From positions 1 to 64,000 of the forward strand of contig QPGO01000305.1 of NCBI GenBank assembly GCA_008632985.1: a stretch of DNA of 64,000 nt, given 5' to 3'. Below the pieces are notes generated by a model, which saw only the letters and a list, made by a program, of their open reading frames with translations, did not search any database and was not told where the DNA came from. Position 1 is the stretch's first letter; each line of letters opens with the position of its first letter. The DNA is from Psammoneis japonica (lineage: Eukaryota). This document shows, in pieces, positions 63,616 through 64,000 of this stretch. The position numbers and the translations under genes were made by a program.

Positions 63616-64000
63616 GCGCCAAATGCACAAATTTCCAAATGATGGGAATCGAACCCGCGCGGAGCACCTGGAGCTGGAACAGGCCTGCTGTGAAAAGATC
63701 AAGATGTCGTCTCCAGCACCACCGGCAAAGAAGAGAAAGAAAAATGAGGCTGTTGAGCCAATGAGCCTGAGACTTCAGGCAGTGTTGAAGAGAACGGGCA
63801 TGCAGGCAGCGCATGGTGCGCTGAAACCAGAAGTGGAGAAGGTGGCTGGAAATGATCTCTTTCCACAGGTTAAGTTTCTCAGTCCGTCAGAATTGGCAAG
63901 CAACGGGAGCGTCTCAATGTTTGTCAAGAAACAGATTGCTGGTGGCAACACGGACACTTCAAATTGGTCAGGAACCTGAGAGGAATGGGCAAAAAAGGCG
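63615..64000 (+). repeat. Module M copy running off the window
   Basis: Matches 31903-32290. Confidence 0.93.

Noticed and set aside
1..64000. Alternative genetic code (Cys/His codons read as Tyr)
   Set aside because: TA loss also affects LTRs, introns, codon junctions and Leu/Ile/Val codons. Outcomes differ between copies and the elements are frameshifted.
1..64000. CpG deamination or classical RIP as sole explanation
   Set aside because: Both are C->T processes and cannot turn Tyr codons into Cys or His. RIP increases TpA.

Overview
Eukaryotic, repeat-saturated DNA with no intact gene. It most likely comes from a diatom, inferred from CoDi-type Ty1/Copia proteins, a diatom-type Gypsy gag and HA-domain repeats. 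The window holds decayed LTR retrotransposons: two Copia lineages, including a near-complete 7.2-kb copy at 12048-19278 (-), and one truncated Gypsy. It also contains a ~390-bp TIR MITE family with 4-bp TSDs, many arrays of a 23-bp satellite (TTTCAAGGAAAACAAACATGTCN) in both orientations, a ~1.4-kb module carrying a spliced pseudogene (about 9 full or partial copies), kb-scale direct and inverted duplications, and one N gap. The outstanding signal is near-complete loss of the TpA dinucleotide: I count 5 TA in bases 1-960 and about 4 in 46500-49975. Conserved retroelement tyrosines are systematically Cys, His or Arg (RT YVDD reads HVDD; ALYGLK reads ALCGLK). Probable TAA/TAG stops read CAA/CAG, and a GTAAG splice donor reads GCAAG in some copies. 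Orthologous sites resolve to TG in one copy and CA in another. This points to a repeat-associated, double-strand TpA->TpG/CpA/CpG (A-to-G) hypermutation process, the mirror image of fungal RIP. No gene for the responsible enzyme is in the window. Almost all ORFs in the supplied track are artefacts of stop-codon loss and the satellite.
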